This document shows, one piece after another, positions 37,581 to 50,487 of a stretch of 64,000 nt of DNA; the stretch's first letter is position 1, and each line of letters starts with the position of its first letter. The notes below the pieces were generated by a model that was not told the DNA's origin, made no database searches, and saw nothing but the letters and a program-made list of their open reading frames with translations. The translations under genes were made by a program, and so were the position numbers. Source of the DNA: Iphione sp. A-MEVVRFRX5 (taxonomy: Eukaryota); assembly GCA_976226885.1 (NCBI GenBank), contig OZ320316.1:57846001-57910000 (forward strand). The letters run 5' to 3'.

Positions 37581-40500
37581 AGAAGCACTGTGTTAGAATC
37601 AAACAAAATGTGCAGAGGTTGAAGGTACGAGTGTGTTTACGCGTTCAGGTTGCTTATTTTTACTGAACGAGGCCTTTTTACAAACTTGTTAATTGAATAA
37701 TAATTAAATTAGATAACATCACACTATGTACCGCACAGGCATGTGGTACACATCAATTTACTGCATGGCTGGCAGCGGGTGGTATGCTCACCCTGTACGT
37801 GCACAGACATGGAATAATTAAACATGCTTGAAAGTGGGAATTGTTGTGGAACTTGTTTATTTGTGTGGCCTCAAAACTATAGTATCGAATATCAGCTTAT
37901 TCTATTTTCAAGCAAAGTTATATAATACATTCCATAAATGATCTTTGCAACGTTCGCTTGGAAATTCAGGAGACAAGTTTCAATCAACCTTATAAATTGC
38001 GCTTTAAAAATTTGTTGCTGAATGAATAACTGAAATTATAGCTGTCTGTTATTTCAGAGAAACTAAAAAGTGATATTTCAAGGTTTTATTCAGCTCCATG
38101 CAGGTATTTTATTGTTAAAGGTGACAGACAAATTTATATATCATAGTTAAACTTGCTTTTACTCTCACGCCGCTCATACGAACAAGTTATTCTGCCAGGA
38201 ACGCATTCTTATGTAAAAAGGAACGGCAACAAATTAATGAGTTGGATTCGTTCGTCCAGGTAAATTCTTAATCAGCTGATTCCCATCTGGTAAGAGCGGG
38301 ATACGTCCCTCGGGAGGCAATCAGCAAAGTTCTTCTCATAATAAAAATAACTTTCATAGAAATCGCTCGACCATTTCAATTTATATATCAGGTCATGCCT
38401 GCTGGGACTTCACCTAAAAACAGCTCTTTTCCACTTCATATATGGCGTCCAGAAATGTCCTTCAGTAAGAATAGCTTATTTCGTTGTAACAAAGGTAACA
38501 GACCACTTCCACGGGAACTTTGTGTCACTCTAATAAAAAAATAGCAATCAGCCAGTCAGTAATCATCTGCCGATTAACTCTTATCCAGTCATGTTACTTG
38601 ACAGAATAGGCATGAACTCTTTACTGAAAGCTTCATATTATTATTACATTCTCTCAGTGACTGGCCTGGTTCAAGCGACAGATTTTATCCCCGTGAAAGG
38701 AGCAATTACTAAATGGAAAAAGCATTTCGAACAACAACAGCAATTCACCATGTGACCGATGATAACTTTACTCATTTCACTTTTCCATACGCACACGCCG
38801 TTGAGTTCTTTTTCCTAATTAAGACTATGGGGAAGTCGGTCATGTGTATCATGTTTCGTAATAAAGGCTTAGGTTTATTTCATTTAATGTTTTAGGTTGA
38901 GTTCAATTAGAAAGGAGCCCTTCATCGCATGTCCTTCGATGTCTTTGCGGAGACGTGTAGGATGCAAGAGAAATTTACATGTACATTTCCTGCTACTTTT
39001 ATTCATTTCAAATAATTTCGTGGATACGGATATTACGTGGATATAGTATGCACATATATACCTCGTTTCTCCATAAAGATTTGCCAGTGAATTCTGACAT
39101 GATATAATCACGAGTTGCCATTCATTTTCCAATTACTAGAAAAACAGATATGCATAATGAACAGCGAATTTTTAGGTACAATGTACTTCTTATTTCTTGA
39201 CAATAACTGATTGAATGGCAGGAGGTTAATATTTATCTTGCTATTTCAAAGCTTAATTATCATTTTTATCTTTCGGAGCTGGTCCAATCGAAGGATTCAA
39301 GATTGACTTTAAAATTTAATTATAGAACTAGGTGCACGGAAGAAAATTTTGACGTCTCTTAAGTGGAGGAAAAGTCATACATTAGCTCATGGACCCCTGA
39401 CAATACTGACGAGAAAATATAAGGGTATCGCTGGAAAGTTGATACATTTACGGTAAAATATTTTTTCCAGTTTTAAAGTGGCTAAATCTTAATGTTGAAA
39501 ATAAATCTCAAATTAAATATTAATAATTATATATAAAAGAGGTATTAGCAAATTTTAATCCATTTATTTCTTATAGCACATATTGCTATTAAATTTAATC
39601 AACATAAACCTATTTAAGAATTTTAACAAACCGTTGTAAAGTAAACGCGTTTTGTAGTGTGTGTTACATTTCTACATCAGATCTAGATTCAAATAAAGAG
39701 TAAAAAAGTAAAATCCTCTAATGAGACCATTTAAGGCACATCACAAACTTGTTCTTGATTTAGGGTTGCCTGGCTAGCTGAAATGGTTATTTGTATCTAA
39801 TATATGTGTTACTGGGACCAAGTAAAGATGGTGAGAATATTCTGTATTTAAAACAGCGGCGTCAACCATTTTGAATTGGAATGAAGAGAATGGTTGTATT
39901 ATTATATACCAGTGAGTGAATTACTTTGTCTTGGAATAAACTAGAAAACTGGTATTATATGAGAACGGACTGACTTCTGACGAGATACCCACTTGTCCGG
40001 TATGTGTAAAAAGTTATGAAGTCCAGCCAGAAAGTATTTCCGATGCCAAGGGGAGCACGTCAGAAAAAAACCTACTGTACTTGTACACGCATAAAGATTA
40101 TTTTTTAAAATTATTTTCTCCTGAAGTTTGGCAATGGCAGAACCCTACATATTGAGACCATTTATCAGCATTGTACAGTGTATTGAAAAAGAGATAAATA
40201 CTAGGCAGACAAACTTCAAAGTAAAAGGTGTATAAAGACTGTATAGAAAAGACGAGAACTTGTGTATGCATGTGTATTGGTTAGTTCCACTTGTTTCAGT
40301 TATCTCTGTTTTTCCAATATAGGATAGGTTACTGCTTATACAAGAGATCTGGTTTAGTATGAGGTATATTAGGTGCATGCGGTTATGCGTTATATACATA
40401 GTTATATCACAAGAATGACATCAGGTTGCATCAGCTTGCGAATGAATTTAATAACAATAATACGGCACATAATGGGATATGTAAGCTTGTATAAAGAGGC

Positions 40501-40782
40501 GGAGGTCACACTACCTCCCGCCTAAAGATACATCTCAGAGCCAGAACATATAATTGCGTTTGGGGTTTAATCTGAAACAGAGTCATATACACACTATAAG
40601 CAAGCAGCAAATCAGAGCTAAATATGTGGATGGGACAGGTAGGCAATGAAAATGGCAGCGACAGCTCAAATGATCTAAATTTGGCACACATGGCCCGTAG
40701 GTGTCTCCTGAAGATATGATATTACTGCAATTGAATGGTCTCGTTAATCCGTACATGAATATTTCCAACTTTTTTTCTACAG

Positions 40783-40820
40783 GTGTTCAAAGGACAGTCT
40801 GATAACTTAAACGGCTTATG
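40783..40820 (+). CDS. Candidate 38-nt micro-exon
   Basis: Strong acceptor TTTCCAACTTTTTTTCTACAG and donor ATG|GTAAGT. Phase-0 frame is open (VFKGQSDNLNGL). Confidence 0.3.
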
Positions 40821-41994
40821 GTAAGTATATAAATCGTCTACTTGATTAAAACTTTTCAGATATCGATTTAAGTGCAGCTTCTTTGTTTCTTGATATTCAT
40901 TGATATCGAATTGAGTTGGTCTACAAATGAGTGGGGTACGTTCTGGTATGTTTGGGTACGTAGATGATAGACCGAAATGGCGAATCCAAAAGGCACATGT
41001 GTAATTGCAGTGAGTCATACAGTGTTCTACAATCATCCAGAGTCATCAAGCATCATTTCCTATCCTTTCCTATGGTCCCTATTCAAGCTCACAGATGGGA
41101 GTATATCCCTCGTCAAGCTTAATGGTTCGTCTCTACTCGCCTCCCTCATTCAGCACTGCGTCTACCAGGGTGACGAATCGGCCGACAAGGACACAGACAC
41201 CGAGGTCCACGAAGACGTTGGTTCTGACGGATGTCTCCTGATGGACCTATCTCATATACATTACCTGTGTGTTTCTGTGTATCCAGACAGAGATGCAAAA
41301 TTCATACGTACAACTGTCAGAGATGGGAGATGCATCGATGTAGGTCTGCTTGGGCGGATATCATCCCATCGATAGTACCCGAATGACAGCTTGCTCTCCC
41401 AAGTTACCAACAACGCACTGCATTCATATCATCCCAAGATGTATAAGGAAAGGGGTCACTTGGAAACTAGCCAACTGAAAATTCATTGTGCATTTCGTTG
41501 AAGTGATGTTCATTGGTATAGTGAGACAGTCTAGACGATGAAGAGGTTGTTGGATCAAATTCGCAGGAGGAAATCCCTAAAGATACTTATGGGAAAGAAC
41601 ACGATGACACCCTAAAATGTTCTTGATTGAAAAATATTACATTGGGACCGCCTTCAAAAGTAACAAGACTCTAGGATACTGTTTGCTTGTTTTTTCAATG
41701 AAAAGCTGGGGGATGCTCAGCATACATATCAATATCTGTATGGTAGCGCTCCCCCCAAAACAATTAAGGTGTGTTTCTGGTTTCCCACCCCTTCCTAGGA
41801 AAACCTCACCCTACCTCACTTTTTTTTGTCTCGGAAAGTCCCCAAAGTTGAATTTCCTCGGATTTGTGTTTTTATAATGCATATTTTCACAACTGTATTT
41901 TCACAGGCAGTCAGGTATGTTTTCACAGCCAAAGATATCATCTGAACAGTATATTTATGTGCATATTCTTGGTAAATTCAGTCGAAAAATAAAA

Positions 41995-42200
41995 ACATCC
42001 ATGTGAATTTGACAAAATAACTGCACAACTCATGCAAATTGAGTAAAAATGAAAGAAAATGGTGGATTTCATGTAAACTGAGCCAAAAAAAGCAAAATTT
42101 ATGAAAATTTAGCTTGAAATAGCAAAACATGACATTTGCACTGAAAAACTGTGAAATCCATGTAAATTTTGCAGAAAAATCAAAATTACTGAATAGATAG
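41995..42200. repeat. Degenerate tandem repeat with phased A-tracts
   Basis: AAAAT/AAATT tracts about every 10-11 bp, with a recurring (C)CATG(T/C)AAA(T) unit. Confidence 0.55.
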
Positions 42201-43859
42201 GCAGAGAAGTGAAGAAATGGTTTTTGCATTAAACATAGTGAACAAGGCCATTTCAATCCCATTCTTCCTATACTGCTATGCTAAACATGTATACTTCACC
42301 ATGTGAAATAGGAACCATTCCAATCCAAAAACATGAAGGCACACACATAAGAACATGCTACACAATACACGGTGCATTATTATTATTAACAATTTTTTAA
42401 TTTCCAGCAAAAATCACACATGTAGTAGTATTTGCAACCAGAAATCAAGTGCACATTACAATCATAATTTTCATAATACATAGCAATCTTAATTAATATT
42501 GGTCACTCTTTACCTTTTATTTTACTCATTATCAAACATATCATATTCGACAGTGAAGTGGATAATGCTCAGGTTGTACCTTTCATTTCTTCCAGCTAGT
42601 GTATTCACCGATCCCAGAAGCATAGTTCCAGCTCCTTAGTATTCCATAATAGGACAACGTCCTGTTTTATAACTTCCAGGATGAATTACATCTAATTTAA
42701 GCTATTGAATAATTCAACTTGAAAGTATCATTCTTGCAATACTAGGACAATGTCTACAAATGTTGTAGAGATGATTACTTTTTTTCCATCCATAAAGTAT
42801 TCTTGTGACATCCTCAATCTGAAGGCATATATCATTCTATCAATAGTAGGACAACATCCTTAACCCTTTCCCGACTGCCAATGGACAATTCGATCGCTAA
42901 AGAATGATAATTTCAAGGCAAGAGGTTAGATTATTGATATCTGATGGATGTTTTTGATTTTTAGCATAAGTCTAGATCATGTTGTCAGGTATCCATAATC
43001 ACTTGCAGTTTTGTTTAAATACACTGGGTTACCATGGAAAAGGGTCACATGACCTCTAAGAGGTGCACAAGTTAGCAGGTTTACATATAATTATAGACAT
43101 TTCAATACAAATATGTGTTAAACTTTAAATAATTGATGAATTAATATTGTATTTTCAAATTATTCCAATGAAATACCATGAGTGTTTATTCCTTTAATCT
43201 ATCAGAAGTTTTTGAGGATGTATTTATTGGAATAATAATGAACATATAGCATTTAATATCCTATAATCATATTTATTAATACAAAACCACATATAATAGT
43301 TTCACAATATTTTCTGATTATTACATTTGACTTTTATTCAAGGAAGACAGTCTTTTTCTAAATTTGTCCACAAAAATCATTAGGAAATTCATAGTTTGCT
43401 TTGTTATTGTTCATGTTTGACTAGTATTCTCTAACCATTTAATGTAATTTCTAATATCTTTATATCCCATGATGCATCAGTGATGCTGATGCATATGGTG
43501 ATACACCAATTTTGCTCAGAACATGCATTCTTACAGGTCATGACAAAATGTGTTCCAGATTACATACAGAGACAAATTAGGTATCAAAACAGTGGAAATC
43601 ACCTGCTGAACACTTTCTTAATTGAATATTTTCTTCTAGGATCAATATTTTTCAATGTTTGCCTGCCACTAAAAGAAATTAGGGTAAATTAAATGTACTT
43701 TTTCTAAATCATATAATACTTTAAATTCTGTCTTGTTGCCATGGCAACCCAAAATATAAAATGGCAATGTTTCCAAAGTGACATGCAATTCAAGGTATTT
43801 TACTTTAGTGTCCTATCATTATTATATGATTGGCTCCTTATTACTAATGAAACCACTGT

Positions 43860-44345
43860 TAACTCTTAATTCTTTCCAAAGTTTTTAGGATCATTGGCTG
43901 TACTCTCTAGTCTCATACTTATGAAGTCGCGTTTGAGCTGAATCAATTTCTTATGAACTTGGTACAACAGAATCCTATACCTCAGTTTACCCTCAGGTCT
44001 CTTACTTTGATTACACCCTTTTGTCCTTGTGTGCTTTTGTCTCACTAAATCCAAAAATTCACCTGTTATCCATAGGGGACTATGGACACCTGCTATCCAT
44101 GTTGGACCCTTTTTTTAGATACCAGCTCAGACAGAGTTGTAGTGATTCCCAATCAATCAGAGTTAATCTTCTAATTAAATTGTCAATGAACAGAGCTGAG
44201 TAGTCACAACATTCTGTCACTTGCTTATAAATGTTCGTATGATCAGGCCTTATTATTAGTAATTCCAGCATATAATGATCACTAAAATGTACCTCTTTTA
44301 CCGATTCCCTAACTATCTTCTTAGTATTTGTAATACACAAGTCAA
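43860..44345 (-). mobile_element. Decayed LINE ORF2 fragment (APE C-terminus + linker)
   Basis: CITNTKKI..SVKEVHFSDHY (APE SDH motif), DYSALFIDNL..IDW, KKLIQLKRDFISMRLESTANDPKNF. Confidence 0.7.
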
Positions 44346-45275
44346 TAAAGGGTTAATGTATTAAGAGTTTCTCACGCTCGTGATTTTATAATCTGCTCTT
44401 AATTGTAAACAATGGTTCTATCCAGTCTCATTGTAGATTTCAACAGCAGTTGACTTAACTCAGGAATATACAAACAAAACGTGTTTATTTAACAAATAGA
44501 AGTAAACAATTGTCACTCCATAAATACTAACAATCAATGAGGAGCAGTACAGCACAACCCAACTGAACAGTATTGTCCTACTATGTTAGATCAGTTTAGC
44601 ATGACAGTGAACTATGCAACAGTACTCGAGCCAAACAATAACAATAATTATAACATATAAATACAGCTTCTTGATAGTATTGTAGCATAATACATACACT
44701 CGCATCAATTAATCATTAACCATATATCAATCCTCGAGTGCAACGTACCCTTATGATAATATAATATACGTACCAAACAGGAAATACCATACTAATACTA
44801 TTATAAAATATACCCCAACGCAAGGGATATTCCCACTTAATATTAATTAAAAAGGTTTTTAAGTACCCTCACTCCTCTTCACCCCTCAACTCCAAATATC
44901 ATAAATGGTATTAATTACCCATGATTTCCATAGTACAAATGTTCCAGAGCTGAAATCATTTTCCTCAACATACTAACTTTTCAGTAATGTTTTAAATGGC
45001 ACCCATCCACATATCTTAAAAACCTGTGGTGCCAAACTCCACTGTTCCTATCATGCATAATCGTGCTGGTCTATGAAATAGGCACACCACAGGAACGATT
45101 CATTTCTGTTATTATCTGATTAATCCTCATTACAGCAGCAATTAATATTTCTTGGGCTCTTCTTGCAGCCATGTTCATACCCGGGAGACCATTGAGATTA
45201 CAACATATAGTAATATAATTGTTATATATCAGACTAAACTGAAATAGTTTCATCACCTGTTCACAATCATTCCTC

Positions 45276-45276
<1 letters not shown>

Positions 45277-45301
<25 letters not shown>
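45277..45301. repeat. (AT)n microsatellite
   Basis: Direct reading. Confidence 0.9.
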
Positions 45302-45306
<5 letters not shown>

Positions 45307-45774
45307 AAAGAAATGTGAAAACCGACCACTTAAAAACCAAATTTGCTTAAATCCGAATGAATTTTGCTGTACCAATCCTTTTACATTATGTAGCTACTCA
45401 TAGAACTGAAATATTCAATTTCCAAATCCAGATGCTCTTATTTAATAAAAGACAAAATAATACTCAAAAACTGAATGCCTCCTGTATCAAAGGGATAGCT
45501 ACTTATTGAAGATTTTGCACCTCCTCCAGGTGTTCTCCCCCATTCCCGTCTCTCATGCCCTATTATATAAAGTTTAGAATAGTTCACATTAATTACATGA
45601 TTTATTTTCCATTTCTAGATATGCAAAGCCACACTTGATCACCTATAAGCAACAGTGGCCTGAAGCCACTATTTGAAATTTGAAATATCCGAAAATAAAC
45701 TATTTAGTCTGAAATGGTCTCTGTTCGGATTTCGCGTATTTGCTGTATATATATGTAGAGAGAGAAAACGGCAT

Positions 45775-45778
<4 letters not shown>

Positions 45779-45821
<43 letters not shown>

Positions 45822-45860
45822 AAGAGAGACAGAGACAGAGACAGAGAAATAGAGATAGAC
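45779..45860. repeat. (AG)n grading into (AGAGAC)n microsatellite
   Basis: Direct reading. Explains the SL/RE-repeat ORFs at 45669-46037. Confidence 0.9.
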
Positions 45861-46789
45861 ATAAAGATAAACAGATGGCCAGAGGTAGATCAAACAAACC
45901 GGCAATGGAGGAGGAATTGTAGAGTGGTGGCTATTTGCTGAGTAAAAAAATATGTCATTGTAATTGAGCCCCATCTTTTGATAGCCTTTGTGACATGATA
46001 CCGAATTTATATTCTTTAAATACGAGAAATTCACCACTGTTTTTCTCTTGGGCCATTGATTCTAGTTTTACTTCCTAATGCAGAAAGGTGGGCATCAATT
46101 GTATATATTTTTTCTTTTAAATTTGAATGAATATTATCAGAATATGTACACTGTACGTGCTTTGATAAGCAAACCTGATGCAGTTCTCCTTATTGTCCCA
46201 TTTGATTGCTTAAGAATTGTATCAGAGACCAAAAGGAAAATTACTTTCAGCTGCGGTAAAGCAATGAAATATTGTGGCAAAAATCTTCATTGTCAGTCAT
46301 TGAAACAAAAACGAACAGATCACCTAAGATTGTGTTTCAAAGTGCTCCGTTTCAAAAACATTTTTCGATGTACGTCAATGTATGATTAATAATGGTAATG
46401 CCCGCCGAATTTGATTGAACTGATAGAATTTAATTTCTCGCAAGATTTTCTAATAGAAGAACTTTTGGGGGGGAAAATGGATACTCTATTAAAACTGTAT
46501 GCTTCCACAATAAATACTAGTAATGATAACATGGACGAGACACATTTAGGACGTGTTATCAAACTCTTCTTCTTTTACAGGTAATATGACCATTGTCATC
46601 TTTCTTTTATCATTACTTTTGCAGCTGTAATGCAATTTCCTGAAACAGGATAATAGTTCGGTGTAATCGTACTTAGCTTTCCATTTTCTCTATGAGTAGA
46701 AACTCCTGAGATCCAACATTTCACCTCTTGGAGACAGTCTCCAAAGTATAGGTGTACAATGGTAGTTCAAAAGGGAATAACATCACAAT

Positions 46790-48385
46790 AAACACGATAG
46801 GTCATAATCAACTTATATAGACCACCTTCTGTCTCCATCCCTGTATTGCTAAAAGACCTTGGGGAACCCTAATTTCAGGGGATATCCATACAAGAAAAAA
46901 CTGGACATAATGCTGAAATCATTTTCATTCTCAAACCACAAATCAATTCCTACTAGAACAACAAGCAAGACTTCCAAAACGATTGATACTATAGCAAGTA
47001 ACTGTTCCCATATTATACAACTGGTGTTTTAGAAACACCAAGGATTGCTAGTTATTTAAAAAGTCCAAATCAAAAAGTACTTTAGGGCCCATAAAGAATT
47101 TTATTTCAAAAAGACGCTACATGTCTGTAATCAAAAACTCTGCTAAATACTGGTCAGCATTAATAGCGGTTTTTGGTTTATTCAATTAAAGAAAAGCACT
47201 ATCTTAATTAAGAAGGATAACAAGCCTGTACAACTGTTAGAAGTACAAAATACATTCAGTACGTGCTTCACTAACAGTGGGAAATATTGCCTCTAACAGT
47301 GAAAATACTGTCAGTGATGAACCAGCCATTGGGAATACGTTTTATATTAATGAGATAACTGTGGATGATCTCTGCATTCAACAAAAAGCTGTAACATTAA
47401 AGGAATACCTTCAAAACTATTCTGCCCGTGTGTTGTTTAATGTATCTATCAGATTACACACTTACTTAACTTATCTGCTAAGGCAGAAATCTTTCCAGAT
47501 AAATGAAAGAAAGCAAAGGTTTAACCCTTAATAAAAAAGGACATCCCCAACGTATGGACAATTACAGAAAAACCTCCCGCCGGCGATGTCCTGCAAAATG
47601 CTTACAAAAATCATATCTAATCAACTATACACACATCTGGAATGGAATAGCAAACTGGTAAATCAACAAGGAGAACACAGGAGAAGCAATCTTCAATGCA
47701 GCCAATATGATATATGCCCACATGAGCAACAAACTGAATACCAATCTTATATTTGCTGACGTTCACAAGGCATTTCGGACACAGAAGACCACACATGGCA
47801 CCTCAAAAGCTAGATAAAAATTCAACCATAATGAGAGAAGCCTGCAACGGTTTCAAAATTATCTGTGCAACAGGCAACCAATGTGTATTGTAAATACTAT
47901 ATCCTCTGGTCACAAAATTTGAAACTTTGGGGTACCACGAGGATCCACTCAGGGACCCTTGCTTTTTATGCTAATTAATGACTTCCCCGTGTATTTAAAT
48001 GCAGACATTACACTATTTACAGATGACATGCTTATCTTGTTAAAAATACAAAATGATCAAGATGATTTACATTGACTAACGACGCCCAAATAACAATGGA
48101 AAAACTGATTGCATGATATTACAAAAATAAATTCAGTATTAACGTTAGCAAAACTAAAATCATGCCATTTCATCAGAATTCCACACAACCATAAGAACAG
48201 ATTCATGTAGATACTCCTTATCTTGAATGTCAAGAATTATACTTTCTTTGGAGTCATATGTGACATGAAAACTAAATTTCATGATGAATTTTCGGTGTTC
48301 TGCAAAATCTGCAATGTCACAAAAAGGCAGTAAGCTTTATGCACTTTGTCACCTGTTATATTTGTGCTTATAATGTAATAAAAAT
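46790..48385 (+). mobile_element. Decayed LINE ORF2 (APE + RT)
   Basis: VIINLYRPPS, LISGDI, IPTRTTSKTSKTIDTI, KKGHP..DNYR, IFADVHKAF, GVPRGSTQGPLLF..INDFP, LFTDDM, INVSKTKIM, FGVICDMKLNF. AATAAA near 48379. Confidence 0.82.
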
Positions 48386-50465
48386 GTATTTTTCATTTTT
48401 TGGGGGGGCGAGGTTCTATTATTTGAATCTTTATACCTTTGATAATAGAGTACCATTTGTGATCAAAATTGTTCCTAGGGAATCTTTTTTATACTACACT
48501 ATTAATCCACCCCTCCTTTATGGTTTATAGAAATGTCTGTGCTGCTACATGTGCCTAATCGGCCAAGGTGATAGCCTGGTAAATATATCAAATTATCTGT
48601 AATTTTGCTGTTTTACCAGCTTTCTTGAATGGCTAACATATCAATATTTAATGAGAGATATTTAATGGAATATCAGTAGAGAATGTTCATTGAAAAAGTG
48701 GCAAATAGTCTGCTGTGCAATCAGGAGCCCTTTCTTCTTACTACGATTATTGTCTAACATGGAAGACAAATGTTACCCAATATAGCAATTGATATATCTT
48801 GTAATAATTGGTGTAGCTTTTATGGAATGCAGAAAACTAGAAAAAAATTAATAAAGTCACCTCTTAAACTAAATATAATGTTTATAATTCGATGCATACT
48901 AAAGAGATTATTAAAAACATAAAATAAATGAAAACATAGATACCATCTGATTTACAGTCGTCATATAAACTGTACACCCTGTTTGAAGTGACATAACTAG
49001 GAAGTAACTTTTGAGAAGTTAATTGCTCTATGGCAAGGAGGTGAGTGACAATGGGGCTCCACTCAGCTCTAATTTATACATAAACTTTCACTATGCCCGG
49101 AGCCCCAAACAAGTCAAACTCAGTATGTAACTCTGCCAGAAGGCAAACTCCACCAAATTAACTCTGCCCACAATACAATATCAAACAGCTCAGGGAAGAG
49201 AGGTGAGAATATCTGATGGCTCGGTGTATACATCATGGTCCTATTGTTATAATTGCAGTTGAGTGATCAACACTTGTATTGGTCATTAGTGGCTGATTTA
49301 TCAGCAAGACAGTCAGCAGATAAGTGCGTATAGTAACACAGAGTGATCAATGCAAAATGATTGAGAATATTTAGCCATAGGGCGTGATTTCCAAGTTGAA
49401 TGACCAACTGTATATAACATTGAATCACCAATTTGCTCCCGAAGTTCTAACTGTTTTGAATATAATAAATAATTGTATTACAACGTTTCGTCAGAGATAC
49501 ACTACATAATTTTCAAGGCATCTTGATATAGCGAGAGGAATAAAGAACCAAGATAGTGAATGGAAATAAACCTTATGGATAAAGTGATAACAATACTAAG
49601 AATTTCTTTCTGATTAGGAATGATTTGGTGCCAGTTGATTGATCAACAATAGCTTTAATGTTTTGTTTCAGCATAGGTAATGTATGACATTAGAGATGAC
49701 GCTAAATGGACTTTCTGGATCCTAGACAGGTGTTACAGAAACTATCAATGAAGACTGAATTAATAACGCTCTTCAAAAACGTCCTGGAGAATTCTGGATA
49801 ATAAAAATAAACACCAAATGATGTTTCGATTATAGAGGGACATATCATGAAATAATCCTCGATTCAGAAATATTGCGGCTTATAACTGTATCTGAAATAT
49901 TGCAACTTAAAGGGGGTAATGTAGCTGAGTAGTGTGGAAATCACCACATTGTGCTCACGCGCTAAGTGGAAGCTGCTATACCTTGTCATCTCAACCTCTT
50001 GTTCATTCTCTCATCATTGTTGTACCACCAGTATGCTACTAGGGTGGAGTCAGTTACCTTCAGTTAAAGTACTTTGTGTATTTGTACCACATGTTGTTGC
50101 CTGTGTCCTGTTTCTTAAGGTGTTCATCCGGGTGAATTGTTTTTTCATCGCTTTAATGTTCCGAATCGGACGCCATGGTAATTTTGAAATGTACCCCATA
50201 CTGAGAAGGTAGTGAGATCTCACTGTTATGATACTCGATATTAACTTATTGTTGCTGATATGTGTTTTCGGAACATTTTGTACCTTCACTACGATTACAT
50301 ACATGCCACATCGACTGACTTACATTTTTGCTATATTACCCTATTGATATATCACACAAGACATGGTTTACAGACTGTCCTTCTTTGTTCCTTTGAACGG
50401 TTACTATTTTGCACGTTTTTTTCGAATTTCAACAGTGATAGCTCTGATGTATCTCGGAGAAGTTG

Positions 50466-50487
50466 AATAAACAATCAATCAATCAAT
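50466..50487 (+). repeat. AATAAA + (CAAT)n tail, typical 3' end of a LINE/SINE
   Basis: GAATAAACAATCAATCAATCAAT. The element body was not recognised. Confidence 0.55.

Noticed and set aside
45669-46037. ORFs with SLSLSL/RERERE runs
   Set aside because: Translation of the (AG)n microsatellite.
46561-46586. Polypyrimidine-CAG|GTAAT (recursive-splice-like site), with similar sites at ~25707, 35824 and 57788 seeming ~11 kb apart
   Set aside because: Many other AG|GT sites exist in the window. The even spacing is selection bias and no host intron is established.
49470-49520. Minus-strand ..TTGAAAAT..CGAAACGTTG, like a Penelope-associated hammerhead core
   Set aside because: The CUGAUGA core is not conserved and there is no stem II.
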